DNA of 64,000 nt from Carcharhinus longimanus (GCA_030264375.1 JASCQW010000132.1:78967454-79031453); one strand, 5' to 3'; positions 51,905 through 64,000 are shown, counted from the first letter of the stretch. Notes: generated by a model not told the origin, from the sequence alone. Numbers and translations: made by a program.

Positions 51905-52620
51905 GTTTTTAAGATGAACCGCCCGGTTGTCTAGCTACCTGTTGGAGAATATGATTACAGAACTTTAAGCAATCTATGGGTGGATCCTTTTTGCAGGCAA
52001 GGCATACAATAAAGTATTTTCTCACATTGCATATCGTCTCCCATTGATCCTGGCTTTTTTGAAATTCCAGAAGATCATCTTGCAGGGAATTAATACAACN
52101 NNNNNNNNNTCTAAAAGTCACACCCTGTTTTTTAACTTCTTATGAAGGTTGTTTATCTATGTCAAGAAGAGTAAAGGTGCCAACACACTTCCTTGGGACA
52201 CGGTAGACAGAACAACCGAATCCTCTGGTCCAGCTGGCAGTCCACCCAAGCCCATGGGTTTTGTGCCAGCATGGGGTGACATCAATGGGAATTCTCATTG
52301 AAAGTGAAGGGCCAGAAAATCCTGCTACCGGCAAATAATGCACCACCTCCCACCAGCGTGAAACCACGTGGCTGGGAGGCCAGAGAATCTCGTCCAACAC
52401 CTCTATGGGAGGATGATTCCCCATCACACACCACGCTTTACCTTCAGCTGATGAAGAAGTACTGGATCCAATTTAATAATGTTCCCCTATTTCCATAACA
52501 GTGAAGTCTGGAAAATAACTTTTCATGAGGAATTTTGTCAAAAGGCTTTTGAGAAATCCAATATTGCCATGTCAGTGAGTTCATCTCTTTTGTGACTTAA
52601 CAACATCAATGGTTGTTTTA
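51905..52620 (-). mobile_element. Old CR1-clade RT fragment, split by a MITE
   Basis: Minus strand DMAILDFSK-FDKIPHEKL, GNRGTLLNWI, VSQGSVLAPLLFL and LQDDL. Confidence 0.8.
52213..52396. mobile_element. MITE
   Basis: GAATCCTCTGG...CCAGAGAATCTC termini; central near-palindrome TCAATGGGAATTCTCATTGA. Confidence 0.7.
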
Positions 52621-54259
52621 AGGGCATTTCTCTGATTCCACTTTGCTTGCTGTATGCTTAAGTAATAATTGAGAGTCTATCTTATCTTTATTATTTCATA
52701 TTTTATGTACTTTTTAATATATTAATCTTCCTTTTACTAGTCTGAAACACTTTAAGCCTTTATAACCAGCATTTGAAGCTCACCCACTTTACATTTGAGA
52801 TCAAGCTTGTTATAGTTTGCTGTAACCTTTCTCAGACATGGATACTGAACACTGTACTCTAAGGGCGTACACTATTTATAGGTCTCTAAGTTTCTCGAGC
52901 ACAATTATTAACTCACCTAGTTAACAGCTGTGTTAAAATACCAGAAATGAAAATGTAATGCTTAATAATTAAAACTTTTAACCTGTGTGAAGAAAATAAT
53001 GAGCAGAGGAAATTAAACACTTGCGTGTGGCCTGACTCCTGAAATGTAAAGCCTGAATATAACTTACTCAGAACCAAGAGCAGATTTTCCAAACATGATC
53101 CTAATACACAGCCGAATTTGGTGACAGCACGTATCAGCAAATCGTATATGAATTTACTACAATTTTCAATTCACAGTGAACAGGGAGCAGAATGACTTAT
53201 TGTCGCACAGAGATTGATTTTAACCTTCGCCCACCCACTTTCCACCCATTGCGCTATAGAATTCTGACATGAAAGGACTGTTAAAATAACACCTCCATTC
53301 TAATCTAGTGGAGTGCAGTATTAAGTTTGAACACCAGCCTGAAGTCAACAACTTCCTTCTTTAAATGCATGGATTAGGCAACGATTACCTCATTGAGACT
53401 GCTTTCCTTCAGTCCCGCTTTAGGTCTAAGCAAGAGAACAGTCGTGTCTTCCCCTCTGGACCAAAGCCCAGGGATCTGGACACTGAATCAGAAGATGCTT
53501 GTGCCTACATTTTAAACTTTCTACAGGTTCCTTGTGAGCCATTAGGTGCACGAGTGCAGGAAATCTAGAGTGTCCCAGCCCCTAACTGTTTCCCCTCTCT
53601 GACCACAATTCTAACCCTGAACCTTCTGGTGCAGTTACCTTGTTCAATTGACTGTTTCCTCAGAAATCTGGCCTCACTATTTTAACTGCTGGCCCCCCAC
53701 ATGCCGACAACTTTCAGACAGTTTTGGTTTGGAAGTCGGCCAACTGCATGTTAAAGAGGTCTGGCCACTGAAATAGACTGAAGCTCCCTGCTACTGTTCC
53801 CAGACCAGGCTGGCCATTCACTAGGCCAGATTGCTGCTCGAGAGTAAAGGTTAACCATACAGCTGAGGCTTTGTGTTTTGGGAGCACAATCAGAAAATCA
53901 ACCATCTGTATCCTACTACCTTGGTGGCATGCTGATGTTCTAATAGCTTGTTGTATTGTTTTGCCTCTTGAACTGTATAATTAACATGGTGTATCTACTA
54001 ACAACAGAAAAAAAAGCAACAAGGATAAAGATACAAAAATTACTCTCCCTTCCTGATTCCCAAGTCCTTCTCAACACGCATCTTCCCCCCCCCCCACCCC
54101 CTCACTCCCTCATTTCCCACCTNNNNNNNNNNNNNNNNNNNNNNNNNNNNNNNNNNNNNNNNNNNNNNNNNNNNNNNNNNNNNNNNNNNNNNNNNNNNNN
54201 NNNNNNNNNNNNNNNNNNNNNNNNNNNNNNNNNNNNNNNNNNNNNNNNNNNNNNNNNNN

Positions 54260-54497
54260 CACTGTCTATGTGGAGTCTTCACATTCTCCCCATGTCTGTA
54301 TGGGTTTCCTCTGGATGCTCTGGTTTCCTCCCACAAACAGAAAGATGTGCTGGTTAGGTGCATTGGCCATGCTAAATTATCCCTCAGCATACCCAAACAG
54401 GCACCTGTGTGTTGCGACTAGGGGATATTCACAATAACGTCATTGGAGTGTTAATGTAAGCCTTATGTGATATTAATAAATAAACTTCAAACTTAAA
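54260..54497 (+). mobile_element. V-SINE variant (head lost in the gap)
   Basis: V-domain plus tail GCGACTAGGGGATATTCAC...AATAAATAAACTT. Confidence 0.85.
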
Positions 54498-54499
54498 GA

Positions 54500-54880
54500 C
54501 TTATTCTAACTCATTGTTGCTCTATCCTCTAAATTTAAGTTTATCCAAAACTCTGCTACTTGTGTCCTAACTCGCGTCAAGTCCCATGCACTTATCATCC
54601 CTACTGCTCACTGACTTACACAGACTCCTGGTTAAGCAGCATCTCAGTTTCAGAAATCTCATTGCTTTTTTTCATATATTCCTATGGTCTTGCCTGAACC
54701 TAATGCAGTCTCACAATCCTCGGAGATAGCTGTCTGGCTCTAATTCTGGCCCCTTGCACATCACTGAGTTTAATTGCACTACCATTGTTAGTTATGTCTG
54801 CAGTTGCCTCAGCTCTAAGCTTTGAATTCCATTCTTAAATCTCACTGCTTCTCTACCTTGCTTTCCAAACTGTTATTGAT
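54500..54880 (+). mobile_element. L2 LINE C-terminal fragment
   Basis: IQNSATCVLTR and LLTDLH, typical of the L2 C-terminus. Confidence 0.75.
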
Positions 54881-55624
54881 CATGTTGCTAATCTTCCCAT
54901 ACAAAATAGCTGAATGGCAATATGGCAGCACAACATTTATATATTCTCCAAAATGAGTGTCAGCTCAACATCGTACAAGTTGATGCACATAAGTGTCGTC
55001 ATAGCATTATTGAAGGTTATCTCCTCTCACAGACAGGCAGAATGAAAGGTGGAGGGGAATTCTCTTGAGAGTCCTCTGTCACCTTCTAGATTTTAGATCA
55101 AGGGTGGGATTGATTGAAGCTTGAGGGCAGGTCACTTCCCCACTCTCCTATCAGGAAGTAATGTGCCAAACTAGAGACCGAATAGAAAATAAAACATACT
55201 AAAAGTAAAGGGAAATGAAGACTGGAGAAATGTTCCCATGCCCTCATTTTGAAATGTTTTCTCCGATTATTCTGTTGTAATATTTGCAAATGAGTACCCC
55301 TTCATGCACCTAATCCCTTCTCTGTCTGAATTTGACCAGGGGTAAAAGGAACTGCTGGTTCAATGGAGTCCAGACTGAATGCTGAAACTGCAGTCACAGT
55401 TAAGAGCAGAAACTGAAATGATGACTTCAATCAAGTTGGAATTCTTCCAATGAAAACAAATCTTGAGTGTAGTCTGAAAAAAATTATGTGCATATTATAT
55501 GGAGTGTCTCATACTTATAAAAAGAAACTTGCTTGAAGATGTACAGATAAATTTAACCATTTACTCTCCTCAGGACCATTTTTTAAAATCTAAACTTGAA
55601 TTTACTTATTTTTAGTGAGATAAT

Positions 55625-55812
55625 GGACAGGATTTACCAAGCAACTGTGGAAGGCTGCCTGTCATTAGCTGGCAGTAGAACTTTTTGGTCCTGCCATTGT
55701 CAATAGGCTTTCTCATTGAATGTGCCCTTTGCTGCCTGCAAACCCATGATGGGCTGTACCATTGGCAGAACTGTAAGATCCCAGCAGCTTGAATGGCTGG
55801 CAAGTCCTAGCT
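55625..55812. mobile_element. MITE
   Basis: AGGATTTACCA...TGGCAAGTCCT termini; central TCAATAGGCTTTCTCATTGA like 52213-52396. Confidence 0.65.
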
Positions 55813-56984
55813 GATATATTTGTTTTGACACTTACTTTTAACTATTCTGTCTTAACACGTTCAGCCACATTCTGTTACATATATTCTTCTTGTCATGAGA
55901 ACTCAGTGTTATAACTGAAGTAAATTTTCACCTCTAGTGCTTGCAGAGCAGACCTTTTCACTCCAGCATGCATATTGGGAATTTTGAACAACAATCTGTA
56001 CTGAAAGTGGAAGGGTTAAAATGGCAACTGGTGAATCTAGACAGGGTGTGCATGGTAACCAGAGAGCAAGGACATCAATTTGCATAATATATGGAATGGG
56101 GTTGGTAACTGAATGATGTCTCTTAAAGAAATCTTCATAGTCTTCAGTATGTTAACAGCAAATTTTTATTAACGACTTGTAACTGTATACATATAGACAG
56201 TAAAGCGTACAAGCAAGAAGCTATCTCCAGGCCTATGTCTTCATTCACCTTTACTCAACATCACACCGATCCCTGGGTCATGTGCCTTCTCACATCACTG
56301 TGCAGCGAATTCTGTACTCAGTCCTGCATTAACACTATATGGGCTACACCCTTACACTACATGGAATATCAAGAACAGTTGCACACCCTCCCTGTTCAGC
56401 AGTAGGCCCTTAGGTCACGTGAGAATGTGCACAGACTAATCACATTAATAGTGGTGGTAAATGCACTGTGAATGGAAATAGGACAATAAACATTTCCTTG
56501 GGTAAACTGACCATGTATCCACACAGTGGCACCAGTTACAATATCTTATTTTTCCACTGTTTTTTTAGCTGCTACTTGGGTGCAGAGTGGAGAGAAATTG
56601 ACTCTCTTCCCTTCTCCAAATCTACAAGCACAATTGAATTCCCAAAGGTGTTTTTATCCTGCACCACAATGAAATCAGAACTGGAATGGAAACACAGAAG
56701 AAACAGAATAAGAAATAAAAGCCATGCAATGCAGAAGAAAATTAGAGAAAAACAACAAATATTAGCATGGGTTCTGCAGTCAGCAGTTAAATTGAGGTTG
56801 TTATTCATTTTACTGACAGCTAGCCACAGAATTTTCACAGGATTTTAGCAGCAACTTGGTGTCATTGAGCAGCTGATTCAACATTGCACCCTCTACAGGA
56901 ATCTATACATTCACCAGACAAGTAAGGGCAAAGTCATTTTAATCAGAATCCTCAATGAGACAAAAAGGGATTTAAAAAAATGTT

Positions 56985-59173
56985 AGGGCTCCATTTTGAG
57001 CACAAGGGTTGTGATTTGTGACCTGCCCACGTCCATTCCTGTTTAAGGGAGACAATGCGCAAAGCTTGCTGCTGCCTCCTAATTTCAATGACTGGTCATG
57101 CAGACCAGAATGAAGACTGTTGACTGGATTCACACATAACTGGGGACTAATAACCCACGAGACAGGTATGAACTCCAGTTAGCTTCCAGTTCTTAAAGGG
57201 AATCTGCCCCTTTTAAAGTGAAGCTACACTGAATCAAAGAAAGTTTCTGGTGACTGGCGAATGGAAATGAAGCACCAGGGCAGAGGAAGGGCCATTCAGT
57301 TTACAGATTGGGTTCTGGTAGCCACCAAAGTGAACAAAAGGAAAGTCAGGTGACACTCCTCTGAAAGGTCTATGCCAGAAAGTGGTTTTGAAGACCAGGA
57401 AGCAGTGCAGGAAGACATTTAATGACTTAATGTAGGTGGCCAATGTTGCACACCAACTGCATGTTGACAGAATGGTAGCTCTTGCAGCTCCTATGCCCTT
57501 TCCCATTGATTAAGAGCACTTTCCCTACCTCGACTGCACCCAGCACATGTTCACCAAGGAAGTGCTAATAGAACTGTGCCACCTCCTTCAACCTAACCTG
57601 GAAGTTCACATAATGCCTCAGGCCTTTGTGTTGCTTGTCCAGCTCCAAGGAAGCGCAACCTTGTGAATCAGATGCGGCAGGCAGCCGAGTGTAGGCTGGT
57701 CCTCACAAATAATCTGTACATTCAGCTCTCTACTTTACACAAGATGGATGAAAGTCCATCCTTGATCATTCAGAAGCTCACTGAGATACAACAAGTGGTG
57801 TCCAGCTCTTGGTAGCAGGGACTAGCAGGTGGATCATGAGAGAGAAGATAAAGAAACAACACATGGCATGGGAATTCTGCTTTGGCCTCTTCCAATCATT
57901 CCTCGTGCTGAACTCTGTATTTAAACCACATCTTTAACATTGCTTCTCAATAGCAGTCCTCATCTACAAGTCATTGTTATTATACTAATGTTGAGGCCCC
58001 ATCTCTGTCATCTCATGGGAATAGGTCAACCACCTTACTATGGATTGCTTTGGTCTCCCATTAGTCTAAACTGAAAAAAATTATGGCAGGTGTGAATGCC
58101 TCAGGATAAAAGAGTCATTGCAGTAACACGTATGAAGACCTTAGTGTGGTCACGTAAAACCTGAACATTAATGGTTTCTGGCTGCTGCATTGGTGCCATT
58201 ACTGGCATGGCTAAAGCCTATCACTCTTTGAACTTGTGGGAAGCCAGCCTACATTTTTGAGGAAGATAAAGTGTTCCCAAATCCAAGCAAGGGGTGCATA
58301 GTACTGTGCTGATACACCAGTGAGCAGTTGATTGAGGGATGCAAAGGAAGTCTGCACCAGCTAGAAGGAGCTGGCTGCATAGAATTTTATGGCCATGATA
58401 ATTTTGAGTGTAACAAGTAAGGGCATGGTTGATTGTAATGCAAGGTCTTTTTCCACCATGGCACAAACATCTGTAATAATTTTCTTTGAAATTTGGAGCC
58501 TTCACCTAGACTGCCTCTCACTCATATCGCAATAACTTCTTCAGAGACAGTGTACCCTTCACCCTGGATAGTATCTCTTTTTCCTTCCTGCTGCACTCTG
58601 TGATAGCCTGTCAATCCTGAGCAAGTTCTGGCTGCACATTGCTGTTGCTGCGTTTCCTCTGTTGTGTGTATGTAGGAAGATGCAGTGCCCATTTTTTCAA
58701 CTTCTTCCTTCACTACGCCCTCAGCAAACATGGCAATCTATCCTGTCTCCCATTTAGTTGCCTCAGGCAGGAACTCCTCCTTGGGACCCACGCAGATATT
58801 CCCTTTCACTCTCACCACCCCACAACCAGTTCCTATTGTGGTCAGGGGCCAACCTCCAACTCTATGGTAAAAATTGTGTCCAGACTTTCCCTTTGCAGAG
58901 TTCTGCACAGAGCTCTTTGAGGAGCCTTCTGAAGTGTTTACATTTCCACCCATAAACTCACGAATCCTGCACTGCAGGTTAAGGCAATTGCAGCAGAGAA
59001 AATTGTCTGTTGAAACTCTCCATTAGTTTTAAATCGTGCAAATCATGTCCTCTCACTTTCCCCTACTGACAAAAACACTTCCAGCTGGAAAAGGAGGCAG
59101 GAATTCTGCACCCAGGTCCTGCCCACCCTTTCAAAATGTCTGTTGAGTCAGGAAGAGGTTGTGAAAATCCAGC
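56985..59173. mobile_element. Rearranged Harbinger remnants
   Basis: Plus QCRKTFNDLM (57403-57432); minus YHSVNMQLVCN (about 57445-57480) and LKIIMAIKFYAASSF (about 58365-58410); TIR-like GAAAATCCAGCC at about 59163-59174. Confidence 0.7.
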
Positions 59174-59439
59174 CACTTATCTCCAAGGAGTTAACTGATG
59201 GCTCTGTTTGGAGGGACGAAGGTTTATGAGAGTTGTGACAGATGTAAAGGTGCGTTGGCAGTTTCCAAGCTACCTTGCCCAGACATGTATGAAAACCATT
59301 CAGTGGTCACACATCAGCTGGACATTGATGGAGTGGAATCCCTTTTATAGAATTATAGAATGGTTACAACACAGGAGGCCATTTTGTCCTTCATGTCTGT
59401 GCCAGAATGATTGACAAATTCTATTAAAGGATCTAAGAG

Positions 59440-60030
59440 TGCCTTATTGCATTCTGCAGTCAATGACCCACTGAAGCCTGTTGAAATCCAGCTGTTGCAG
59501 CAATTCTAAGAGCCCTTTGCGTCTGACTAACTCCATCAGTAGCAAGCTAAGTGACAACCCTGGTAAACAGAACAGATTGTGAAAAACTGCAGTCCTCACA
59601 ACTAGAATTCTGGAAAGAGACAGTGGCAAAGAAATTCAGGCTACAGGGGTCTCAGCAACCATTGGCAATACTTGCCCACCTAGTCCACTGGGAAGGAAAC
59701 TTTGTTCATGTGAACATACGATCAAGGATCAGATCTCAGCAGTGACATGCACGGAGGTTTGAGCCGCCTGAGGCACAGTTGCTTAGTTGTGTCCAGAAAG
59801 TTGATTCTTTGTTTAAATGCCCTGTGTTGGCAGTATGCTTCCTTCAAGCTGAGGATCTCTGTTCAATTCGTCCGTCCTCATGGACAGTCAGCGTCTGAGG
59901 ACAAGGCAGCTGCTGGTGTTACACCCTCAGCTCTTGTTTCTGCTGGTGTTGATGTTGCTGATGCTGCTACATTTCATCTCCATCAGAAATCCAAGGTAGA
60001 GCTGCATAAGTTGCTTCCATGTTGCAGTGA
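59440..60030 (-). mobile_element. Harbinger transposase N-terminal remnant
   Basis: Minus strand YCQHRAFKQRINFLDTTKQLCLRRL, VALNFFATVSFQ and VIDC. Confidence 0.8.
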
Positions 60031-61610
60031 AAGCTGACAGTAGGGAAATACAGATCAAAGTAGAAAAAAAACACAAGAATAACAGAAATCATCTCCAAAG
60101 AATCACGTCTAAAGCAATGAAAGGACATTCTCAGAGCAAGTCCTATAAGCAATCACCTTTCACATTTGTGAAAAAGTAACTGAGTGGTTCATTGGATGTC
60201 ACAGCCCATCAAACCTTGACTGAGATCTTGCTTTGTTGATTTTAGCAAGTTTCAGACAGCTTAGCAAATTTTTTCCTGGGAGTTAAAGCCAGAATGCATT
60301 CTTGAATCTTCATTCAACAGCCATGTTACATAATCTGATTTCTACCTGCCACCTCACAATGGCTCACCTACCTCCAGATGCCCGCTGGTTAAATGTGGAA
60401 GTGAGCAAAGTCTTATTTGATTTCCAATATGCTGGTATGTTTTGCTGTTCTACCACCTCTTTCCTCCCTTGAAGGGTAAAATTCTCCATAAGCAAAGAGA
60501 AAACAAGATGGGATTAAGAAAGACAAAAATAGCAGGAAGATGAAGTAACCGTAAAGATAAGCAATTTTGCTTTTAAATATCCAATAATAACTAAATTCTA
60601 GAGGAATGAGACTCTACACTTGTAAAATTAAATTTTTGGTGTCAGTGAGGTTGTTTGGCAGTAATTATGATAATTAATTTACTCTAGAATGCAACTGCCC
60701 TAAATTTTTCTGCCATGTTGGGGGTGGGTAACTGAGGTAAGTTCCCCAATTTCAAACTCTTATGTTTATATCAATGCCAAGTTCATTGAAAACATTCTGC
60801 TATTATGCAGCCTGTGAAGGGTCACACCCTCTGCATTTTCATATTTAACTGTGCATGCATGGACTCTGGAGACTGATGTTCAGTTTGTTCCATAATAGTG
60901 GGAAGCACTTTACTGTTATTCTCAATGTAAAATCTAAGCCAAAGATGCATCAATAAAAATGTAAACAAAGTAATATCAAAGAGCAAAGAACACTGTTCTC
61001 ACCAAAAATAAAAATTGTGAAACATCTTTAAAAAGTTAAATACTACAGGCCAGGCCACCTGCATTCAATTACATTTTTTTAAACCATAGATCTATCATAC
61101 CTCACGTTACTGGTGAGGGGGCTGTAAGAAAGCTACTAAATGAGTAAATGAGAAAAACATGGTTGGTTTCACTCAGCTCAGCTCAGTTGGGAGAAATTTT
61201 GTTTTTAAGTCAAGCCCCACTCCAGAACTTGAGCACATGTGCATCTGTGAAATGCTGAGAGAATGCTACATTATTATGCTACATTGGACAAGAATTTCCT
61301 TCTGGTATCAAGACCCTGAGGTTGGAATCATTTCCAGGTCCTGACCACGTGTGGTGTTAGCATGCTGTGCATGGCACGATTTTTTTAAAGACTGGTCAGT
61401 GGGACGCTCACTTCCCAACTAAGGGTGGCATGAAGGTGCCCAAAACTGGAGGGCCAATAGGAGGTTGGCCAGCACTGAGTGGTGCCCTGTGGATAAAGTC
61501 AAGGAAGAAAGTGGGTGCTCCAAGACTCTTCAAAAATAAAAATAGCCACAGCTACCAGACCACCATTTTAGTGGGGGAAGCATAGGGCAGCCTGCAGTCA
61601 TACCTGTGCA

Positions 61611-61842
61611 GTAAGAAGTCTCACAACACCAAATTAAAGTCCAACAGATTTATTGGGTAGCACAAGCCACAAGCTTTCAGAGTGCTGCTCCTTCATCAGG
61701 TGAATGAGAGTTCTAATCCCTTCTCACTCACATTTTCTGTACCTTTAAGACTTGATTACATGTGAAGACTCGCAGCCCAACCATTATTTTGTAAATTAAT
61801 TTGTGTCTTTATATCCCCTGTTTGTGAACAGAACTCCCACCT
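61611..61842. mobile_element. Penelope-like inverted terminal structure (minus 61611-61713, plus about 61720-61842)
   Basis: GTAAGAAGTCTCACAACACC...CTTCATCAGGTGAATGAGAGTTCT, later AGAACTCCCAC in the opposite orientation. Confidence 0.78.
61668..61702 (-). ncRNA. Minimal type I hammerhead ribozyme motif (Penelope-associated)
   Basis: Minus strand CAC CTGATGA A GGAG CAGCA CTCT GAA AGCT T GTG: stem I CAC/GTG, core CUGAUGA and GAA, stem II, palindromic AGCU stem III. Confidence 0.65.
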
Positions 61843-62091
61843 CTCCCCTGACCCTGTTGTCACTAAACTGCTAGTTACCCAACTTCCCCTTCTGGTTTCT
61901 ATGTTTGCCAATATGTTAATTGTTTTAGATTCTCCCCAAAAGGAGAAACATTCTTTCTCCGTCTATCCTGTAATCTTCCTTTAGAATCATATATGTTTCA
62001 GATCACCTCTTGTTCCTCATTGGAGTTTAGAAGAGTCCTGGAAGAAATGCAGGGCAGCGTCAAGTTGGGAGAATGTTCAAGCAGAGTAGCA

Positions 62092-62638
62092 ATTTGATTT
62101 GATTTGATTTATTATTGACATATATATTGTTATACAATGAAAAGTATTGTTTCTTGCGCACTATACAGACAAAGCATACCATATATAGAGAAGGAAAGGA
62201 GAGGGTGCAGAGTGTAATGTTACAGTCATAGCTAGGGTGTAGAGAAAGAGCAACTTAGTATAAGGTAGGGCCAGTCAAAAGCCTGATGGCTGCAAGGAAG
62301 AAGCTGTTCTCGAGTCGGTTGGTACATGATCTCAGACTTTTGTATCCTCTTCCTGATGAAAGAAGTGACAAGAAAGTATGTCCAGAATGCATGTGAACCT
62401 TGATTATGTTGGCTGCTTTTCCGAGGCAGCGGGAAGTGTAGACACAGTCAATTGCTGGGACGCTGGTTTGCATGATGGACGGGGCAATATTCACAACCCT
62501 TTGTAGTTTCTTGCAGTCTTAGTCAGAGCAGGGGCCATACCATGCTGTGAAACAACCAGAAAGCATGCTTTCTATGTTGATTCATAAAAGTTGGTGAGAA
62601 TCATGCTGAATTTCCTTAGCCTCCTGAGAAAGGAAAGG
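62092..62638 (-). mobile_element. Rex1/Babar LINE 3' end
   Basis: (ATTTG)n tail; YTSRCLGKAANIIK..HSGHTFLSLLSSGRGYKSLRSCTNRLENSFF. Confidence 0.9.
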
Positions 62639-63671
62639 CATAGAAAGTAGAGCAATCCAACAATGATTGTTGCTCCTCAGAAGATTCAGGTCGTTGTTTC
62701 CAGTCCTTTCCTAATCTCCATTCCTTAGCTACTGACCCTATCCTTTATCAGATAACATTTGCAATCGTGGTATAGATTCCATTATACTCATCAAAGAAGA
62801 GTAAGACATTCACTCCAGAGCCTGGCAAATATTTTCTTGAATGACATCGCAAAGACAAGACAAAATAATTGGTAATCTATCGCATTTGCTGCTCAAAGAA
62901 TTTACCATAAACATCTCGTCTCTTGTGATTGCTGACCAAACATCATTAGAACTCAGAGTAATCAACTGCATGTAAAGAATCACAATTTATTCATGAAAAA
63001 CATGATATGGTACTACTTACATTCAAGTCTACTTTCCTCTCCTTTATTTCCTAAGGTAGATATCAAATAAGTTATATCTATAAATCTGTTATTGTGTGCA
63101 TGTCATCACTATTGATCTTCCCATTTACTTGAATAAACTTCTAAAATGTCTGAGCAGTTACACAGATGATGGTCAGGATAGATATTCTCTGTTTGTTACA
63201 CTTTGAGAAGTGTGTCAACAGTCTCCACAGTACTTGAATAGTGGTTGAAGGAACTTGTAGGACTACAGGGTGGCAAGTGATGTTCAAACATCCACAGATC
63301 AAACACGTGTCATTCCCCATGTGGGGACCAGATGTTGTGCTTTTCACATTTGTCAGAAACGATGAAATAATTTAAACCCAGTGAGGGCAGGAAACTGAAG
63401 GTGCCTATCTGGAGCCCCCTTGGATGTTTGAATGTGATCAAAGTGAGGAATTTGTTGGCACAAGTATGGGAATAGCATGCCAAGATTCCTTTATTTANNN
63501 NNNNNNNNNNNNNNNNNNNNNNNNNNNNNNNNNNNNNNNNNNNNNNNNNNNNNNNNNNNNNNNNNNNNNNNNNNNNNNNNNNNNNNNNNNNNNNNNNTTA
63601 TTTAATAAGCAGCCTTGTTATCATTGGGATAAGAGGCTTAAACCGTATTCTATATTCTGAGTTGCAGTCTC

Positions 63672-63790
63672 ATAGGAACATAGGGACATGAGAAGGCCGT
63701 GCGGTGCAATGAGACTGCTCCACCATTCAGTTAGATCTTTTACCTCAACACCACTTTCCTGGACTTTCCCCACATCCCTAGATTTTTCCA
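63672..63790 (-). mobile_element. CR1 3' UTR, antisense
   Basis: CATAGGAACATAGG tail, AGGCCGTGCGG, CTGCTCCACCATTCA and TTTCCCCACATCCCT. Confidence 0.65.
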
Positions 63791-63914
63791 TACTTCTACC
63801 AAGTAAATAATGCATAACCATTGTTACATTTTCTTCCCATTCCCAATTTTTTCAAGGCTACGTTGGCAAGGAAAGCAGAAAAAGTTGAAAAACGAGGATT
63901 ACAAGGCAGCACCT

Positions 63915-64000
63915 TTTTATGTTGTTCATTCATGGGACATGGGCAGCGCTGGCTGGCCAGCATTTATTGCCCATCCCTAGTTGCCATTAAGAAGGTGGTG
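63915..64000 (-). mobile_element. 3' end of a CR1-like LINE sharing its tail with the MetaSINE-like SINE
   Basis: TTCATTCATGGGACATGGGC...CAGCATTTATTGCCCATCCCTA, continuing into AAGAAGGTGGTG rather than the SINE core. Confidence 0.65.

Noticed and set aside
56468-56848. 126-aa ORF with an internal acceptor-like site
   Set aside because: No recognisable homology, low-complexity A-rich tail and no convincing donor.
1-64000. V(D)J recombination signal sequences or Ig/TCR segments
   Set aside because: Several CACAGTG heptamers occur, but I saw none with an ACAAAAACC-like nonamer at 12 or 23 bp, and no V or J coding segments.

Overview
Repeat-rich, non-genic-looking vertebrate DNA from a draft assembly with ten N-gaps. 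The repeat content (HE1-like V-SINEs, SacSINE1-like DeuSINEs, abundant CR1, Rex1/Babar, L2 and Penelope remnants) points to a cartilaginous fish, probably a shark; this is an inference. No host protein-coding gene, tRNA, rRNA or CRISPR could be recognised, and the ORF track is decayed transposon fragments or noise. The window holds many PIF/Harbinger remnants (HARBI1-like transposase plus spliced Myb/SANT-like partner gene), their putative non-autonomous and MITE derivatives, and two decayed Gypsy LTR elements. The most notable signals are minimal hammerhead-ribozyme motifs in Penelope-derived repeats (one with an intact core at 61668-61702), a spacer-less 66-bp palindrome with a 12-bp target duplication, a 110-bp templated duplication inside a Gypsy element, and a CpG-retaining promoter-like island near 12.1-12.9 kb. 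I found no convincing novel multi-gene system. Family names come from recalled consensus motifs, not database searches, and most repeat boundaries are approximate.
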